A stretch of 64,000 bases of DNA, from assembly GCA_016202605.1 (NCBI GenBank), contig JACQOJ010000065.1:19907-83906 (forward strand). Reading direction: 5' to 3'. Of this stretch, positions 14,693-28,231 are shown piece after piece. The position numbers were made by a program, and so were the translations under genes. Source of the DNA: Betaproteobacteria bacterium. GTDB lineage: Bacteria; Pseudomonadota; Gammaproteobacteria; Burkholderiales; SG8-41. The notes beneath the pieces are model-generated. The model worked only from the letters and a program-made list of their open reading frames with translations. It was not told the DNA's origin and did no database searches. Within the stretch, counting starts at the first letter, position 1; the number at the start of each line of letters is the position of its first letter.

Positions 14693-15547
14693 ATGGCAAA
14701 AATGAGAGGATTGGGGCGCGGGCTCGACGCGCTCTTGGGTGGAGAAAACGAGCGCGCTTCGGCCGAGGAATTGCGAAACCTCGCCGTCGAATCGCTTCTG
14801 CCCGGCAAGTACCAGCCGCGCACGCGCATGGATCAGGGCGCGCTCGCCGAGCTTGCGGATTCGATCAAGGCGCAAGGCGTGATGCAGCCGATCCTCGTGC
14901 GGCCCATGTCCGACGGGCGCTACGAGATCATTGCCGGTGAACGGCGGTGGCGGGCGGCGCGGCTTGCGGGCCTTGGCGCAGTTCCGGCGCTGGTGCGAGA
15001 GGTGCCGGACCGCCAGGCAGTGGCGGTGTCCCTGATCGAGAACATCCAGCGGGAGGATTTAAATCCGCTTGAGGAGGCCAGCGGGGTCCAGCGACTGATC
15101 GATGAGTTCGGCATGACACATGCGGAGGCAGCGGCGGCGCTCGGCCGCTCGCGTTCCGGCGTGACCAATCTGCTGCGCCTGCTCGAGCTTGCGCCGCCGG
15201 TGCGCGAGTTGCTGGCCGATGGGCGGCTGAGCATGGGACACGCAAGGGCGCTGCTGACGCTGCCCGTGGCGCGGCAGATCGAGCTTGCGCGCGAGGCGGC
15301 ACAGAAACAACTATCCGTTCGCGAGGTCGAGCGCCGCGCGAGCATTTCCGCAAAACCGACAGCCCCGACGCGGCGCGCGCGGGTGGATCGCGATGTCCTG
15401 CGGCTTGAAGAGGAACTGTCGAACCATCTAGGCACGATGGTACAGATCCGGTCGAGCGCGAAACCCGGCCGGGGCCGGGTCATTATCAGCTATCGCAGTC
15501 TCGATCAGCTGGATACGCTCCTCGCCCGGCTCGCGCGCGGGAATTAA
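14693..15547 (+). CDS. parB: chromosome partitioning protein ParB (Spo0J)
   Basis: The internal ATG at 14693 is preceded by GGGAAGG and gives MAKMRGLGRGLDALLG.., the conserved ParB N-terminus. ParB box IIAGERRWRAA and an HTH region are present. The ORF-track start at 14600 overlaps parA and is probably spurious. Confidence 0.93.
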   Translation: MAKMRGLGRGLDALLGGENERASAEELRNLAVESLLPGKYQPRTRMDQGALAELADSIKAQGVMQPILVRPMSDGRYEIIAGERRWRAARLAGLGAVPALVREVPDRQAVAVSLIENIQREDLNPLEEASGVQRLIDEFGMTHAEAAAALGRSRSGVTNLLRLLELAPPVRELLADGRLSMGHARALLTLPVARQIELAREAAQKQLSVREVERRASISAKPTAPTRRARVDRDVLRLEEELSNHLGTMVQIRSSAKPGRGRVIISYRSLDQLDTLLARLARGN

Positions 15548-15557
15548 ATCCGCGCGC
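15533..15557 (+). other. GC-only 8-bp hairpin spanning the parB stop codon
   Basis: GCGCGCGG-gaattaaat-CCGCGCGC, with the TAA stop of parB in the loop. There is no T-tract after it, so it is not a canonical terminator. Confidence 0.4.
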
Positions 15558-15584
15558 GGGCATGGCGTCGTCGTCGCGTTGGTT

Positions 15585-15614
15585 TTGACGTAATAGTCGG
15601 TGACAGCGTATAAT
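15585..15614 (+). promoter_or_regulatory. putative sigma70 promoter of the atp operon
   Basis: TTGACG (15585-15590), an 18-nt spacer, then the perfect TATAAT (15609-15614), about 28 nt upstream of atpI. Confidence 0.55.
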
Positions 15615-15641
15615 TTTCAGGTTTAATTCGCGCGTGATTCC

Positions 15642-17170
<1,529 letters not shown>

Positions 17171-17210
17171 TGCCCGCGCGCGCCGTTTTGATCGCGGTTA
17201 GAGGGACACT

Positions 17211-17681
17211 ATGAACATCAATTTGACGCTGCTGTCGCAAGCAGCGACTTTCGCGATCTTCATCTGGTTCACGGCGAAATTCGTCTGGCCGTTCCTGATG
17301 CGGGCGATTGAGGCGCGCCAGAAACACATCGCGGACGGACTCGCGGCCGCCGAGCGTGGCAGGCAGGATCTGGAGCTCGCCGCCCAGCGCACCGCCGAGA
17401 TGCTGCGCGAGGCGAGAAACCAGGCGCAAGATGCTTTGGCCCAGGCGGATAAGCGCGCCGCCCAGATCATCGATGAAGCCAAGAACACCGCGCGGGCCGA
17501 AGGCGAGCGCCTCCTGGCGGGGGCGAAAGCCGAAATCGACCAAGAGATCGCGCGGGCAAGAGAAATGCTGCGAACGCAGGTCGCGATGCTCGCCGTCGCC
17601 GGTGCGGAGCAGATTCTGAAGCGCGAGGTCGATGCGAAGGCGCACGCCGATCTGCTTGCCAGCGTGCAAGCCCAACTCTAG
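17211..17681 (+). CDS. atpF: F0F1 ATP synthase subunit b
   Basis: 156-aa protein with an N-terminal TM helix and a long Ala/Glu/Arg-rich helix, in operon position. Confidence 0.92.
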   Translation: MNINLTLLSQAATFAIFIWFTAKFVWPFLMRAIEARQKHIADGLAAAERGRQDLELAAQRTAEMLREARNQAQDALAQADKRAAQIIDEAKNTARAEGERLLAGAKAEIDQEIARAREMLRTQVAMLAVAGAEQILKREVDAKAHADLLASVQAQL

Positions 17682-17689
17682 CCGGCCCC

Positions 17690-18226
17690 ATGGCGGAACT
17701 CACAACCATCGCGCGCCCGTACGCTGAAGCGGTATTCAAGCTTGCGCGCGAGGAGTCCCATATCGGCGAATGGACGGAAGCGCTGGCCCTGCTCGATCTC
17801 GTGATCAGCGATCCCGGCATGCTGGCCGGCATCCGGGATCCCAACGTGAGCGCGCAGCAGCTCGAGAGCATCGTGTTGAGCGTGGTCGGGGTCCAGCTCG
17901 ACGGAGCCTGCCGCAATTTCGTGCAGGTCCTGATCCAGAATGGTCGGCTGGAAATCGTGCCCCAGATCCGCACGCTCTACGAGGAGCTACGCCGCCAGCA
18001 CGAGGGCATTTTGGAGGCGCGGATTATTTCGGCGCTGCCCATCGATGACGGGCAGGTCGCCCGGCTCGTGGCCCGGCTTGAAAGCAAGTATCGGCGAAAA
18101 GTGAGCGCCAAAGTCGAAATCGACCCGCAGCTAATCGGCGGCGTCAAGATTCTCGTCGGCGACAAGGTTATCGATGCGACGGTGCGCGGCCGCCTCGAAG
18201 CGATGGCGGCAGCGCTTACCCACTAG
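17690..18226 (+). CDS. atpH: F0F1 ATP synthase subunit delta
   Basis: 178-aa protein with the OSCP-type N-terminus ..IARPYAEAVF.., in operon position. Confidence 0.92.
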   Translation: MAELTTIARPYAEAVFKLAREESHIGEWTEALALLDLVISDPGMLAGIRDPNVSAQQLESIVLSVVGVQLDGACRNFVQVLIQNGRLEIVPQIRTLYEELRRQHEGILEARIISALPIDDGQVARLVARLESKYRRKVSAKVEIDPQLIGGVKILVGDKVIDATVRGRLEAMAAALTH

Positions 18227-18235
18227 GAGTCATTC

Positions 18236-19777
18236 ATGCAACTCAATCCATCCGAGATCAGCGAACTCATCAAGAGCCGGATCCAGAACCTCGCGAGCAC
18301 GGTTGAAGCGCGCACTCAGGGCACGGTCATTTCGGTGACGGACGGCATCTGCCGCATTCACGGTCTTGCCGACGTGATGCAGGGGGAGATGCTGGAATTT
18401 CCGAAGAACACTTTTGGCCTCGCGCTCAACCTCGAGCGCGACTCGGTGGGCGCGGTCGTGCTTGGCGAATACGAGCATATCTCCGAAGGGGACACCGTCA
18501 AGACCACCGGGCGGATTCTGGAGGTTCCCGTCGGGCCCGAGCTGATGGGCCGCGTTGTGGACGCGCTCGGCCAGCCGATCGACGGCAAGGGTCCGATCAA
18601 CGCGAAGAGGACGGATGTGATCGAAAAGGTCGCTCCCGGGGTCATCGCCCGCAAGTCAGTGTCGCAGCCGGTCCAGACCGGGCTCAAGTCCATTGACTCG
18701 ATGGTGCCCATCGGCCGCGGCCAACGCGAACTTATCATCGGCGACCGCCAGACGGGCAAGACCGCGGTGGCCATCGACACTATCATAAACCAGCAGGGCA
18801 AGGATCTCTTTTGCATTTACGTCGCGGTGGGCCAGAAAGCGTCTTCGATAAAGAACGTCATCCGCAAGCTCGAGGAACACGGCGCCATGGATTACACGAT
18901 CGTGGTCGTGGCCTCGGCTTCCGAATCGGCCGCGATGCAGTACATCGCGCCCTATTCCGGCTGCACCATGGGCGAGTATTTTCGCGACCGCGGACAGGAC
19001 GCGCTGATCATCTATGACGACCTGACCAAGCAGGCGTGGGCGTATCGACAGGTGTCGTTGCTGCTGCGCAGGCCCCCGGGGCGGGAGGCCTATCCGGGCG
19101 ACGTTTTTTACCTGCATTCCCGGCTTCTGGAGCGCGCCGCGCGCGTGAACGAGGATTATGTCGAGAAGTTCACCAACGGCGAAATCAAGGGGAAGACGGG
19201 TTCCCTGACGGCGCTGCCGATCATTGAAACACAGGCCGGCGACGTGACGGCGTTCGTGCCGACGAACGTGATCTCGATTACCGACGGGCAGATCTTTCTC
19301 GAGACCGATCTGTTCAATGCCGGCATCCGGCCAGCGATCAACGCGGGCATCTCCGTGTCGCGGGTCGGCGGCGCCGCACAAACCAAGGTGATCAAGAAGC
19401 TGGGCGGAGGCGTTCGTCTCGCCCTCGCCCAGTACCGCGAACTCGCCGCGTTCGCGCAGTTTGCGTCGGATCTGGACGAGGCAACGCGCAAGCAGCTGGA
19501 GCGCGGCCGCATGGTGACCGAGCTGATGAAACAGCCGCAATACGAGCCGCTACAGGTGTGGGAAATAGCGCTGACGCTGTTTGCGGTCAACAACGGCTAT
19601 TTCGACGACATCGATGTCAAGAAAGCGCTCTTTGCCGAGCGCTCCATGCGCGACTACCTTAAAGGCAAGTACGGCGACCTTGTGAAGCGAATCGAGAGCA
19701 CCAAGGATCTTTCCAAGGAAGACGAGGATTTGCTGCACCAGGCGGTGAAGGACTGGAAGAGCAGTGCCACGTATTGA
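18236..19777 (+). CDS. atpA: F0F1 ATP synthase subunit alpha
   Basis: 513-aa ORF with P-loop GDRQTGKT and strong alpha-subunit similarity. An AGGAG RBS is present. Confidence 0.97.
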   Translation: MQLNPSEISELIKSRIQNLASTVEARTQGTVISVTDGICRIHGLADVMQGEMLEFPKNTFGLALNLERDSVGAVVLGEYEHISEGDTVKTTGRILEVPVGPELMGRVVDALGQPIDGKGPINAKRTDVIEKVAPGVIARKSVSQPVQTGLKSIDSMVPIGRGQRELIIGDRQTGKTAVAIDTIINQQGKDLFCIYVAVGQKASSIKNVIRKLEEHGAMDYTIVVVASASESAAMQYIAPYSGCTMGEYFRDRGQDALIIYDDLTKQAWAYRQVSLLLRRPPGREAYPGDVFYLHSRLLERAARVNEDYVEKFTNGEIKGKTGSLTALPIIETQAGDVTAFVPTNVISITDGQIFLETDLFNAGIRPAINAGISVSRVGGAAQTKVIKKLGGGVRLALAQYRELAAFAQFASDLDEATRKQLERGRMVTELMKQPQYEPLQVWEIALTLFAVNNGYFDDIDVKKALFAERSMRDYLKGKYGDLVKRIESTKDLSKEDEDLLHQAVKDWKSSATY

Positions 19778-19845
19778 GCGGAAGCGCAACAGCAAGACAC
19801 TGTCGTCACGCCGCAATGCGGCGCGCGGCTGAATAAAGGCAAGCG

Positions 19846-20709
19846 ATGCCCGGGTCGAAGGAAATACGCAACAAGATCAAGAGCGTGCAAAACACGCGCA
19901 AGATCACCAAGGCGATGGAGATGGTTGCCGCATCCAAAATGCGCCGTGCGCAGGAGCGCATGCGCATGGCGCGGCCTTACGGCGAAAAGATCCGCAACGT
20001 CGCCGCTCACATCAGCCACGCGAACCCCGAATATCGCCATCCCTTCGTCGTGGAGCGCGACACGGTGCGGCGCGTGGGGATGATCGTCGTGACGACCGAC
20101 AAGGGCCTTTGCGGCGGGCTGAACACCAACGTGCTGAGGCTTGCTCTCAGCAGGATGAAGGAGTGGGAAGTCGAGGGGGAAGGCATCGAGGTGTGCGCTA
20201 TCGGCAACAAGGGGCTGGGCTTCATGCAGCGCCTCGGGGCGAAAGTCGCCTCGCACGTGACGGGGCTGGGTGATCGTCCCCACATGGAGAAGCTGATCGG
20301 TGCGGTCAAGATCATGCTCGATGGCTATATCGAAGACCGGTTCGACCGCCTGCTGATCTTCTACACCAAGTTCGTCAACACGATGAAACAGGAACCGGTC
20401 ATGGAGCAGCTCCTGCCGCTTGCCGGGGAACACCTGGGCACGCCGGAAGGCGCGTGGGACTACATCTACGAGCCCGATGCGAAGGACGTCCTCGACCAGG
20501 TGCTCACACGCTATATCGAGGCATTGATCTATCAGGCGGTGTCGGAGAACATGGCGTCGGAGCAGTCAGCGCGCATGGTGGCGATGAAGGCGGCATCGGA
20601 CAACGCTGGCACCGTTATCGACGAACTGACCCTCATTTACAACAAGACGCGCCAGGCTTCGATTACCAAGGAGTTGTCGGAAATCGTGGGCGGCGCCGCG
20701 GCGGTGTGA
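19846..20709 (+). CDS. atpG: F0F1 ATP synthase subunit gamma
   Basis: 287-aa ORF with N-terminus ..[30 protein letters not shown] and C-terminus ..[18 protein letters not shown]. Confidence 0.96.
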   Translation: MPGSKEIRNKIKSVQNTRKITKAMEMVAASKMRRAQERMRMARPYGEKIRNVAAHISHANPEYRHPFVVERDTVRRVGMIVVTTDKGLCGGLNTNVLRLALSRMKEWEVEGEGIEVCAIGNKGLGFMQRLGAKVASHVTGLGDRPHMEKLIGAVKIMLDGYIEDRFDRLLIFYTKFVNTMKQEPVMEQLLPLAGEHLGTPEGAWDYIYEPDAKDVLDQVLTRYIEALIYQAVSENMASEQSARMVAMKAASDNAGTVIDELTLIYNKTRQASITKELSEIVGGAAAV

Positions 20710-20768
20710 GGGGAATCGTGCACCACATCCAGCACCGTGGTGACAGAGGGATTTGTGGCTTTGATTAG

Positions 20769-22224
<1,456 letters not shown>

Positions 22225-22234
22225 CGAAGCGGAT

Positions 22235-22657
22235 ATGGCAAACACCCTGCATGTCGACGTCGTCAGCGCCGAGGAGTCGATCTACTCGGGCGAGGCGGAG
22301 TTCGTGGTGCTGCCCGGCGAGGTGGGCGAGCTCGGAATTTACCCTCGCCACACACCGTTGATCACCCGCATTAAACCGGGTGAAGTGCGCATCAAACCGG
22401 CAGGCGGCGGCGGGGAAGAGTTTATTTTCGTCGCCGGCGGCATCCTCGAGGTTCAACCCAGAGTGGTGACGGTGCTTGCGGACACGGCGATCCGCGGCCA
22501 TGATCTGGACGAGGCGAAGGCGCTGGAAGCGAAAAAACAGGCCGAGGAAGCAATGCAGAACCGCACCTCGAAGCTGGAGATCGCCAAAGCGCAGGCGGAG
22601 CTCGCCGCGGCGGTCGCGCAACTGGCGGCAATCCAGAAACTGCGCAAGAAGAGATAG
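22235..22657 (+). CDS. atpC: F0F1 ATP synthase subunit epsilon
   Basis: The internal ATG at 22235 gives [28 protein letters not shown].., the conserved epsilon N-terminus. The ORF-track GTG at 22154 would add 27 non-conserved residues. Confidence 0.93.
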   Translation: MANTLHVDVVSAEESIYSGEAEFVVLPGEVGELGIYPRHTPLITRIKPGEVRIKPAGGGGEEFIFVAGGILEVQPRVVTVLADTAIRGHDLDEAKALEAKKQAEEAMQNRTSKLEIAKAQAELAAAVAQLAAIQKLRKKR

Positions 22658-22728
22658 CGGCAGTCGCATCGCGCAGCCGTTTTGGCTTCGAATCCGCGGC
22701 CGTGTAGGCGGTTCAACCCGTTCTCCGG

Positions 22729-22752
22729 GGGCGGCATTGCGCCGCCCTTGTC
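22729..22752 (+). terminator. possible weak intrinsic terminator after the atp operon
   Basis: GGGCGGC-attgc-GCCGCCC hairpin followed by TTGT. The T-tract is poor and the glpD ATG follows within 10 nt, so function is uncertain. Confidence 0.3.
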
Positions 22753-22756
22753 GCAT

Positions 22757-24274
22757 ATGGACACCGCGCATCCGGAATATGTCGACTTGCTTGTGGTAGG
22801 CGGCGGCATCAACGGCGTCGGGATTGCTCGCGACGCCGCGGGGCGCGGACTCAAGGTGCTTCTGGTCGAAAAAGACGACCTCGGTTCCGCAACGAGCTCC
22901 GCGAGCAGCAAGCTCATTCACGGCGGCCTGCGCTATCTCGAACAATACCGCTTTCGATTGGTTGCCGAGGCGCTCGCCGAGCGCGAAGTACTTCTCAGAA
23001 GCGCGCCGCACATCGTGCACCCGATGCGATTCGTGATGCCGCACGTTCCCCAGTTGCGTCCGGCCTGGGTGATCCGCGCCGGCCTCTTCTTGTACGATTA
23101 TCTTGCGCGCCGCCAGACCCTTCCCGGTTCGCGGGCGATTGATCTGACGCGAAGTCCGTACGGTGTGGGGCTCAAGCCGGGCCTGGTCAAGGGTTTCGTC
23201 TATTCCGACTGCTGGGTCGATGATGCGCGCCTGGTTGTGCTCACCGCGCGCGCCGCCGCCGATGCCGGTGCAACGATATCTACCAGAACCGAATGCACGT
23301 CCGCGCGACGCGAAGGTAAAGCGTGGCAGGTAAGCCTGAGCGCAGCGGACGGCACATCGACGGAGATTCGTGCCGGGGCGTTGGCCAATGTCACCGGACC
23401 CTGGGCCCGGCTATTTCTTGAGGAGGTCATGGGCCTTGCGGCGCCGTTCAATCTGAAACTGGTCAAGGGCAGCCACGTCATCGTACCGCGGCTCTACGAC
23501 AGCGATCACGCGTTTATCCTGCAGAACGAGGACCGCCGCGTCATTTTTGTCTACCCCTATGAGCGGAACTACACCTTGATCGGCACCACCGATGTAGAAC
23601 TTGCCGGCAGACCGGGCCCCTGCGCTCCAAGCGCGGCGGAAGAGAGTTATCTGATCCGCGCGGTGAACCGCTATTTCACGCGGCAGCTGAAAACGGAGGA
23701 AGTGGTTTGGAGCTATTGTGGCATCCGGCCGCTATTCGACGACGGTGCGGCGAACCCCTCCGAGGTCACGCGCGATTACGTTCTGCGGGTGGATGGAGGG
23801 CCCCGTGAGCCGCCGGTTCTGTCGGTGTTCGGCGGCAAGATCACCACCTATCGGCGGCTCGCCGAGCAGGCGCTGCGCAAGCTGGCGCCATGGTTTCCGG
23901 ACCTGGGCCGGCCTTGGACCGGAAGCGCGAGGCTGCCCGGCGGTGACATGGCGGGTGGACTCGAGGCCTATGTGCGCGACCTCGCGCAACGGCACCCTGC
24001 CCTGCCCGCGACCCTCCTCATGACGCTCGCGCGCCGCCACGGGTCTCTTTGCCCGGGCGTGCTTGGAGGGGCGCGCTCAATCGATGACCTGGGCGAGCAT
24101 TTCGGCGCCGCGCTCTACGCGCGCGAGGTCGACTACTTCATGGATCGCGAGTGGGCGCGCGCTGACGGGGATGTGCTTTGGCGGCGTACCAAGGCGGGGC
24201 TGCACCTGAGCGCGGACCAGGCGCGGGCCGTCGCGCGTTACATGGCGCTGCGGACAAGCGGCACTATGCGATAA
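22757..24274 (+). CDS. glpD: aerobic glycerol-3-phosphate dehydrogenase (FAD)
   Basis: The ATG at 22757 gives MDTAHPEYVDLLVVGGGINGVGIARDAAGRGL..SSASSKLIHGGLRYLE, collinear with E. coli GlpD along its length. The upstream TTG at 22682 is probably spurious. Confidence 0.92.
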   Translation: MDTAHPEYVDLLVVGGGINGVGIARDAAGRGLKVLLVEKDDLGSATSSASSKLIHGGLRYLEQYRFRLVAEALAEREVLLRSAPHIVHPMRFVMPHVPQLRPAWVIRAGLFLYDYLARRQTLPGSRAIDLTRSPYGVGLKPGLVKGFVYSDCWVDDARLVVLTARAAADAGATISTRTECTSARREGKAWQVSLSAADGTSTEIRAGALANVTGPWARLFLEEVMGLAAPFNLKLVKGSHVIVPRLYDSDHAFILQNEDRRVIFVYPYERNYTLIGTTDVELAGRPGPCAPSAAEESYLIRAVNRYFTRQLKTEEVVWSYCGIRPLFDDGAANPSEVTRDYVLRVDGGPREPPVLSVFGGKITTYRRLAEQALRKLAPWFPDLGRPWTGSARLPGGDMAGGLEAYVRDLAQRHPALPATLLMTLARRHGSLCPGVLGGARSIDDLGEHFGAALYAREVDYFMDREWARADGDVLWRRTKAGLHLSADQARAVARYMALRTSGTMR

Positions 24275-24281
24275 TTCCCGC

Positions 24282-25655
24282 ATGAGACTGAACGTCGCGA
24301 TTCTGGCGGCAGGCAAGGGCCGGCGCATGTTTTCGGGGCGGCCCAAAGTGCTGCATCTGCTGGCGGGGCGGCCGCTGATTCTGCACGTCATCGACACGGC
24401 CCGGAAGCTCAACGCGGAACGCATCTGCGTGGTCTACGGCCACGGTGGAGAAGAGGTCCCGCAAGCCATCGGGGCTTCAGACATCGCGCTTGTAAAGCAG
24501 GAGCCGCAACTCGGTACCGGGCATGCGCTGCAGCAGGCGCTGCCCTATCTCGGCAGTTCCGGCACCACCCTCGTGCTGTATGGTGACGTGCCGCTTATCC
24601 GTGCGGAGACACTGCGGGCGTTGCTCGACGGACAAGGCGATCGCGTCGCAGTGCTCACGGCTGAGCTCGACGTCCCGGACGGCTACGGCCGAATCCTCCG
24701 CAACAAGCGCGGCCGGATCATGGGTATAGTCGAGAACGATGATGCGACGGCTGCCCAGCGCAAGATCCGCGAAGTCAACACCGGCGTGATGGCGCTGCCC
24801 ACCGTGCGTCTGCCGGGCTGGCTCTCGCGGCTCGAGAACCGTAACGCCCAAAGCGAGTACTATCTTACCGATGTGGTGGCGATGGCACTTGCGGACCGCG
24901 TTGCCGTTGATGCCGTCAGAGCGCCGGACGCACGGGAAACGCAGGGCGTCAACAGCCGGGCGCAACTCTCGCAACTCGAGCGCATCTTCCAGTGGCGGTG
25001 CGCGCACCGCCTGCTTGAACAAGGGGTCGGCGTCGTGGATCCGATGCGACTCGACATACGGGGAAATCTCGATTGCGGCGTCGATGTGTGCCTCGATGTA
25101 AATTGCGTGTTCGAGGGCGACGTGAAGCTGGCCGATGGCGTCGAGATCGGCGCGAACTGTATGCTGCGAAATGTCGAAATCGGCCCGGGGACGCGCATCG
25201 AGCCTTTCTCTCTGATCGACTCGGCGGTTATCGGGGCTCGCTGCCGCGTGGGTCCCTACGCCCGCATCCGGCCCGGCACGCGACTGGAAGACGAGGTTCA
25301 CATCGGGAACTTCGTTGAAGTCAAGGCGAGCCACATCGGTCGCGCGAGCAAGGCGAACCATCTCGCGTACGTCGGCGATGCCACTGTCGGCCGCGACGTG
25401 AACATCGGGGCCGGCACCATCACCTGCAACTACGACGGCGCAAACAAGCACCGCACCGTCATCGAGGACAACGTGCAGATCGGTTCCGACGTGCAGCTGG
25501 TGGCGCCGGTCACCGTGGGCAGGGGAGCGACCATCGGCGCCGGGGCCACCATAACGAAAGATGTTCCCCCCGGGGAACTCGCGCTTACGGAGAAGAAGCA
25601 GGTGACGGTTCCAGGCTGGAAGCGGCCCATAAAGAAAGCGGGAGGTGCGGCTTGA
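24282..25655 (+). CDS. glmU: bifunctional GlcNAc-1-P uridyltransferase / GlcN-1-P acetyltransferase
   Basis: 457-aa ORF with N-terminal nucleotidyltransferase motif LAAGKGRRM and a C-terminal left-handed beta-helix of hexapeptide repeats. Confidence 0.96.
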   Translation: MRLNVAILAAGKGRRMFSGRPKVLHLLAGRPLILHVIDTARKLNAERICVVYGHGGEEVPQAIGASDIALVKQEPQLGTGHALQQALPYLGSSGTTLVLYGDVPLIRAETLRALLDGQGDRVAVLTAELDVPDGYGRILRNKRGRIMGIVENDDATAAQRKIREVNTGVMALPTVRLPGWLSRLENRNAQSEYYLTDVVAMALADRVAVDAVRAPDARETQGVNSRAQLSQLERIFQWRCAHRLLEQGVGVVDPMRLDIRGNLDCGVDVCLDVNCVFEGDVKLADGVEIGANCMLRNVEIGPGTRIEPFSLIDSAVIGARCRVGPYARIRPGTRLEDEVHIGNFVEVKASHIGRASKANHLAYVGDATVGRDVNIGAGTITCNYDGANKHRTVIEDNVQIGSDVQLVAPVTVGRGATIGAGATITKDVPPGELALTEKKQVTVPGWKRPIKKAGGAA

Positions 25656-25703
25656 GAAGCGAGGCTCAACGTCTCGCGCCCGGGGCGTAATCGGGCCTCG
25701 CTT

Positions 25704-27530
25704 ATGTGCGGCATAGTCGGAGCCGTTGCCAAGAGGGACGTCGTCCCGCTACTGCTGGAGGGACTGCGGCGCCTGGAATATCGCGGCTACGATTCCGCCG
25801 GAATCGCCGTGCTCAATGGACACCTCACGCGTCTGCGTAGCCCGGGCCGCGTTGCCGAGCTTTCCAAGCTTGCGGATGAGCAGCATTTGTCCGCCTCGAT
25901 CGGCATTGCGCACACGCGTTGGGCGACGCATGGCGCGCCCTCCGAGAAGAATGCGCACCCGCATGTCTCGGACGGCATCGCCGTGGTGCACAACGGCATC
26001 ATCGAGAACTACGAAACCATGCGGGAGAAGCTCAAGGCGCAAGGCTACGTTTTCACGTCTGACACCGATACCGAGGTCATCGCCCATCTGGTGCACTCAC
26101 GATTCAGGACAGGCGGCGACTTGTTCGAGGCGACTCGCCACGCGGTCGCCGATTTGCGTGGCGCCTATGCAATTGCCGTGGTCGCCGAGAATCAACCGGA
26201 TCGCATGGTTGTCGCCCGCATGGGAGCGCCGCTGCTGCTGGGTTTGGGCGAAGGCGAGAATTTCGCCGCGTCCGACGTTTCCGCCCTGTTGCAGGTGACG
26301 CAGAGGCTGATTTTCCTGGAGGAAGGCGACATTGCGGACGTGCGCACCGATGGGTGCCGCATTGCGGATGCGGCCGGGCGCACGGTCGAACGCAAAGTCC
26401 ATGTAAGCCAGCTGACCTCCTCGGCAGTGGAGCTCGGACCGTATCGGCATTTCATGCAGAAGGAAATCTTCGAGCAGCCGGGCGCGGTCGCCGCAACGCT
26501 TGAAATGGTGACCAACGCGCAATCGGTTTCTCCGCAGCTATTTGGGGTCGCCGCCGGGCGCATTTTCGGCGCGGCGAATGCGGTGCTAATTCTCGCATGC
26601 GGCACGAGCTACCACGCTGGAATGGTCGCGCGCTACTGGATCGAGGGTATGGCGGGCATCCCCTGTTCGGTGGAGATTGCGAGTGAATATCGTTATCGCG
26701 CGTCGGTGCCCAACCCCAACGCACTGGTCGTCACCGTATCACAGTCCGGGGAGACCGCAGATACCATTGCGGCACTCAATCACGCCAAATCGCTGGGCCA
26801 CCGATTCTGTCTCTCGATATGCAACGTGCCGGAATCCGCGCTGGTACGCGCTTCAGAGCTGAGGTTCCTGACGCGGGCCGGACCGGAAATCGGTGTGGCT
26901 TCGACCAAGGCCTTCACGACCCAACTGGCTGCTCTGGTGCTGTTGGCAATGGTGCTCGCCCGACTGCGCGGGCGGCTGCCGGCCGACGGTGAGCGGGAGT
27001 TGATCAAGGCGCTGCGGCACGTGCCGGGAGCGCTTTCGAGCGTGCTGCAGGTGGAGGATGCGATCAAGGACTGGGCGGCGAAGTTCGCCGAACATCACCA
27101 TGCGCTTTTTCTCGGCCGCGGCATCCATTATCCGATCGCAATGGAGGGCGCGCTCAAGCTCAAGGAGATTTCCTATATCCATGCCGAGGCCTATCCCGCG
27201 GGCGAGCTCAAACACGGGCCGTTGGCGTTGGTGGACAAATACATGCCGGTGGTGGCGATCGCGCCAAATGACGCGTTGCTCGAAAAGCTCAAATCCAACC
27301 TGCAGGAGGTGCGCGCGCGCGGCGGCGAACTGCATGTGCTTGCTGACCAGGGCGCTCACATAGAACCGGGCGACGGGCTGCATGTCGTTCGTCTCACCGG
27401 GCACGCCGGCGTGCTCTCGCCGATCCTGCACACCGTGCCATTGCAGCTCCTCGCCTACCACGTCGCCCTGCAGCGCGGCACGGACGTGGACAAACCGAGG
27501 AACCTGGCAAAATCGGTAACCGTGGAGTAG
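25704..27530 (+). CDS. glmS: glutamine--fructose-6-phosphate aminotransferase
   Basis: 608-aa ORF with Ntn start MCGIVG, two SIS domains and the C-terminus ..LAKSVTVE. Confidence 0.97.
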   Translation: MCGIVGAVAKRDVVPLLLEGLRRLEYRGYDSAGIAVLNGHLTRLRSPGRVAELSKLADEQHLSASIGIAHTRWATHGAPSEKNAHPHVSDGIAVVHNGIIENYETMREKLKAQGYVFTSDTDTEVIAHLVHSRFRTGGDLFEATRHAVADLRGAYAIAVVAENQPDRMVVARMGAPLLLGLGEGENFAASDVSALLQVTQRLIFLEEGDIADVRTDGCRIADAAGRTVERKVHVSQLTSSAVELGPYRHFMQKEIFEQPGAVAATLEMVTNAQSVSPQLFGVAAGRIFGAANAVLILACGTSYHAGMVARYWIEGMAGIPCSVEIASEYRYRASVPNPNALVVTVSQSGETADTIAALNHAKSLGHRFCLSICNVPESALVRASELRFLTRAGPEIGVASTKAFTTQLAALVLLAMVLARLRGRLPADGERELIKALRHVPGALSSVLQVEDAIKDWAAKFAEHHHALFLGRGIHYPIAMEGALKLKEISYIHAEAYPAGELKHGPLALVDKYMPVVAIAPNDALLEKLKSNLQEVRARGGELHVLADQGAHIEPGDGLHVVRLTGHAGVLSPILHTVPLQLLAYHVALQRGTDVDKPRNLAKSVTVE

Positions 27531-27562
27531 CGCCGCCGGCTACTTGCCGCCTTGCGGTCCGA

Positions 27563-28231
27563 CTATTTCGCGGCGCGCTGCTGGCGGGCCAACCGCACCA
27601 GTTCGTCGAGAATCGGAATCATGCCACTGAGGCCGCCAGCCAAACCTGCGGAAGTGAGATAGCGTCCGTCGACCACCAGGGAAGGCGTTCCCTGAACGTC
27701 GTAAGCGCGGGTCAGCGCCTTTGCCTGCTGCACTTTCTGCGCTACGTCGCTTGAGTTGTAGGCGCCGAGCCATTTTTCGCGCTCGATGCCGTGGCGCACC
27801 GCCCATTGCGCCATGACTTCGGGCTTGCTCATGTGCAGCTCCTGCACGTGGTAGCCATGATAGACCTGCTGGTGCAGTCGTTCGAGTTCGCCGAGTGCTT
27901 CCAGCGTGTAGTAGATTCGTGCGTGCGGGGCCCAGCTGTCCCTGAGGATGACCGGGATCCGGCGCACGGCCACGTCGGCGGGCTTGCGCCGGATCCATTC
28001 CTCGAGCGCCGGCTGCAGATTGTAGCAGTGCGGGCAGCCGTACCAGAAAAAATCGATAACCTCGATCCGGTCGCCGGTTGCGACCTTCTGCGGTTCAATC
28101 AGCCGGAACTCGTTGTTGGGCCGCGCGCGGCGCGGTTCCTGCGCATGGGCGGGTTCGGCGGGAAAGGCCGACGCCAAGCCCCCGGCGAGGATGCACAACG
28201 CCCGGACGAGGAAGCGTCCAGCGGCGTTCAC
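27563..28231 (-). CDS. dsbA: thiol:disulfide interchange protein DsbA (paralogue 1)
   Basis: 222-aa ORF with a signal peptide and the thioredoxin-fold active site FFWYGCPHCYNL. Its start overlaps the stop of the upstream paralogue by 4 bp. Confidence 0.9.
   Translation of the reverse strand: MNAAGRFLVRALCILAGGLASAFPAEPAHAQEPRRARPNNEFRLIEPQKVATGDRIEVIDFFWYGCPHCYNLQPALEEWIRRKPADVAVRRIPVILRDSWAPHARIYYTLEALGELERLHQQVYHGYHVQELHMSKPEVMAQWAVRHGIEREKWLGAYNSSDVAQKVQQAKALTRAYDVQGTPSLVVDGRYLTSAGLAGGLSGMIPILDELVRLARQQRAAK

Noticed and set aside
13234-14829. 531-aa minus-strand ORF antisense to rsmG-parA, and similar long antisense ORFs
   Set aside because: The similar ORFs are 9071..10303, 44786..46468, 49547..51220, 59060..60556, 60800..62056 and 61993..63336. 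All lie opposite strongly supported housekeeping genes. Stop codons are AT-rich and therefore rare in the antisense frames of GC-rich coding DNA. The translations are Arg/His/Pro-rich with no motifs.
22687-22695. TTCGAATCC, a tRNA T-loop-like string after atpC, hinting at a tRNA remnant or att site next to the inserted glpD
   Set aside because: The flanking bases do not form a T-stem, and no acceptor or anticodon arm can be drawn. An isolated 9-mer is most likely chance.
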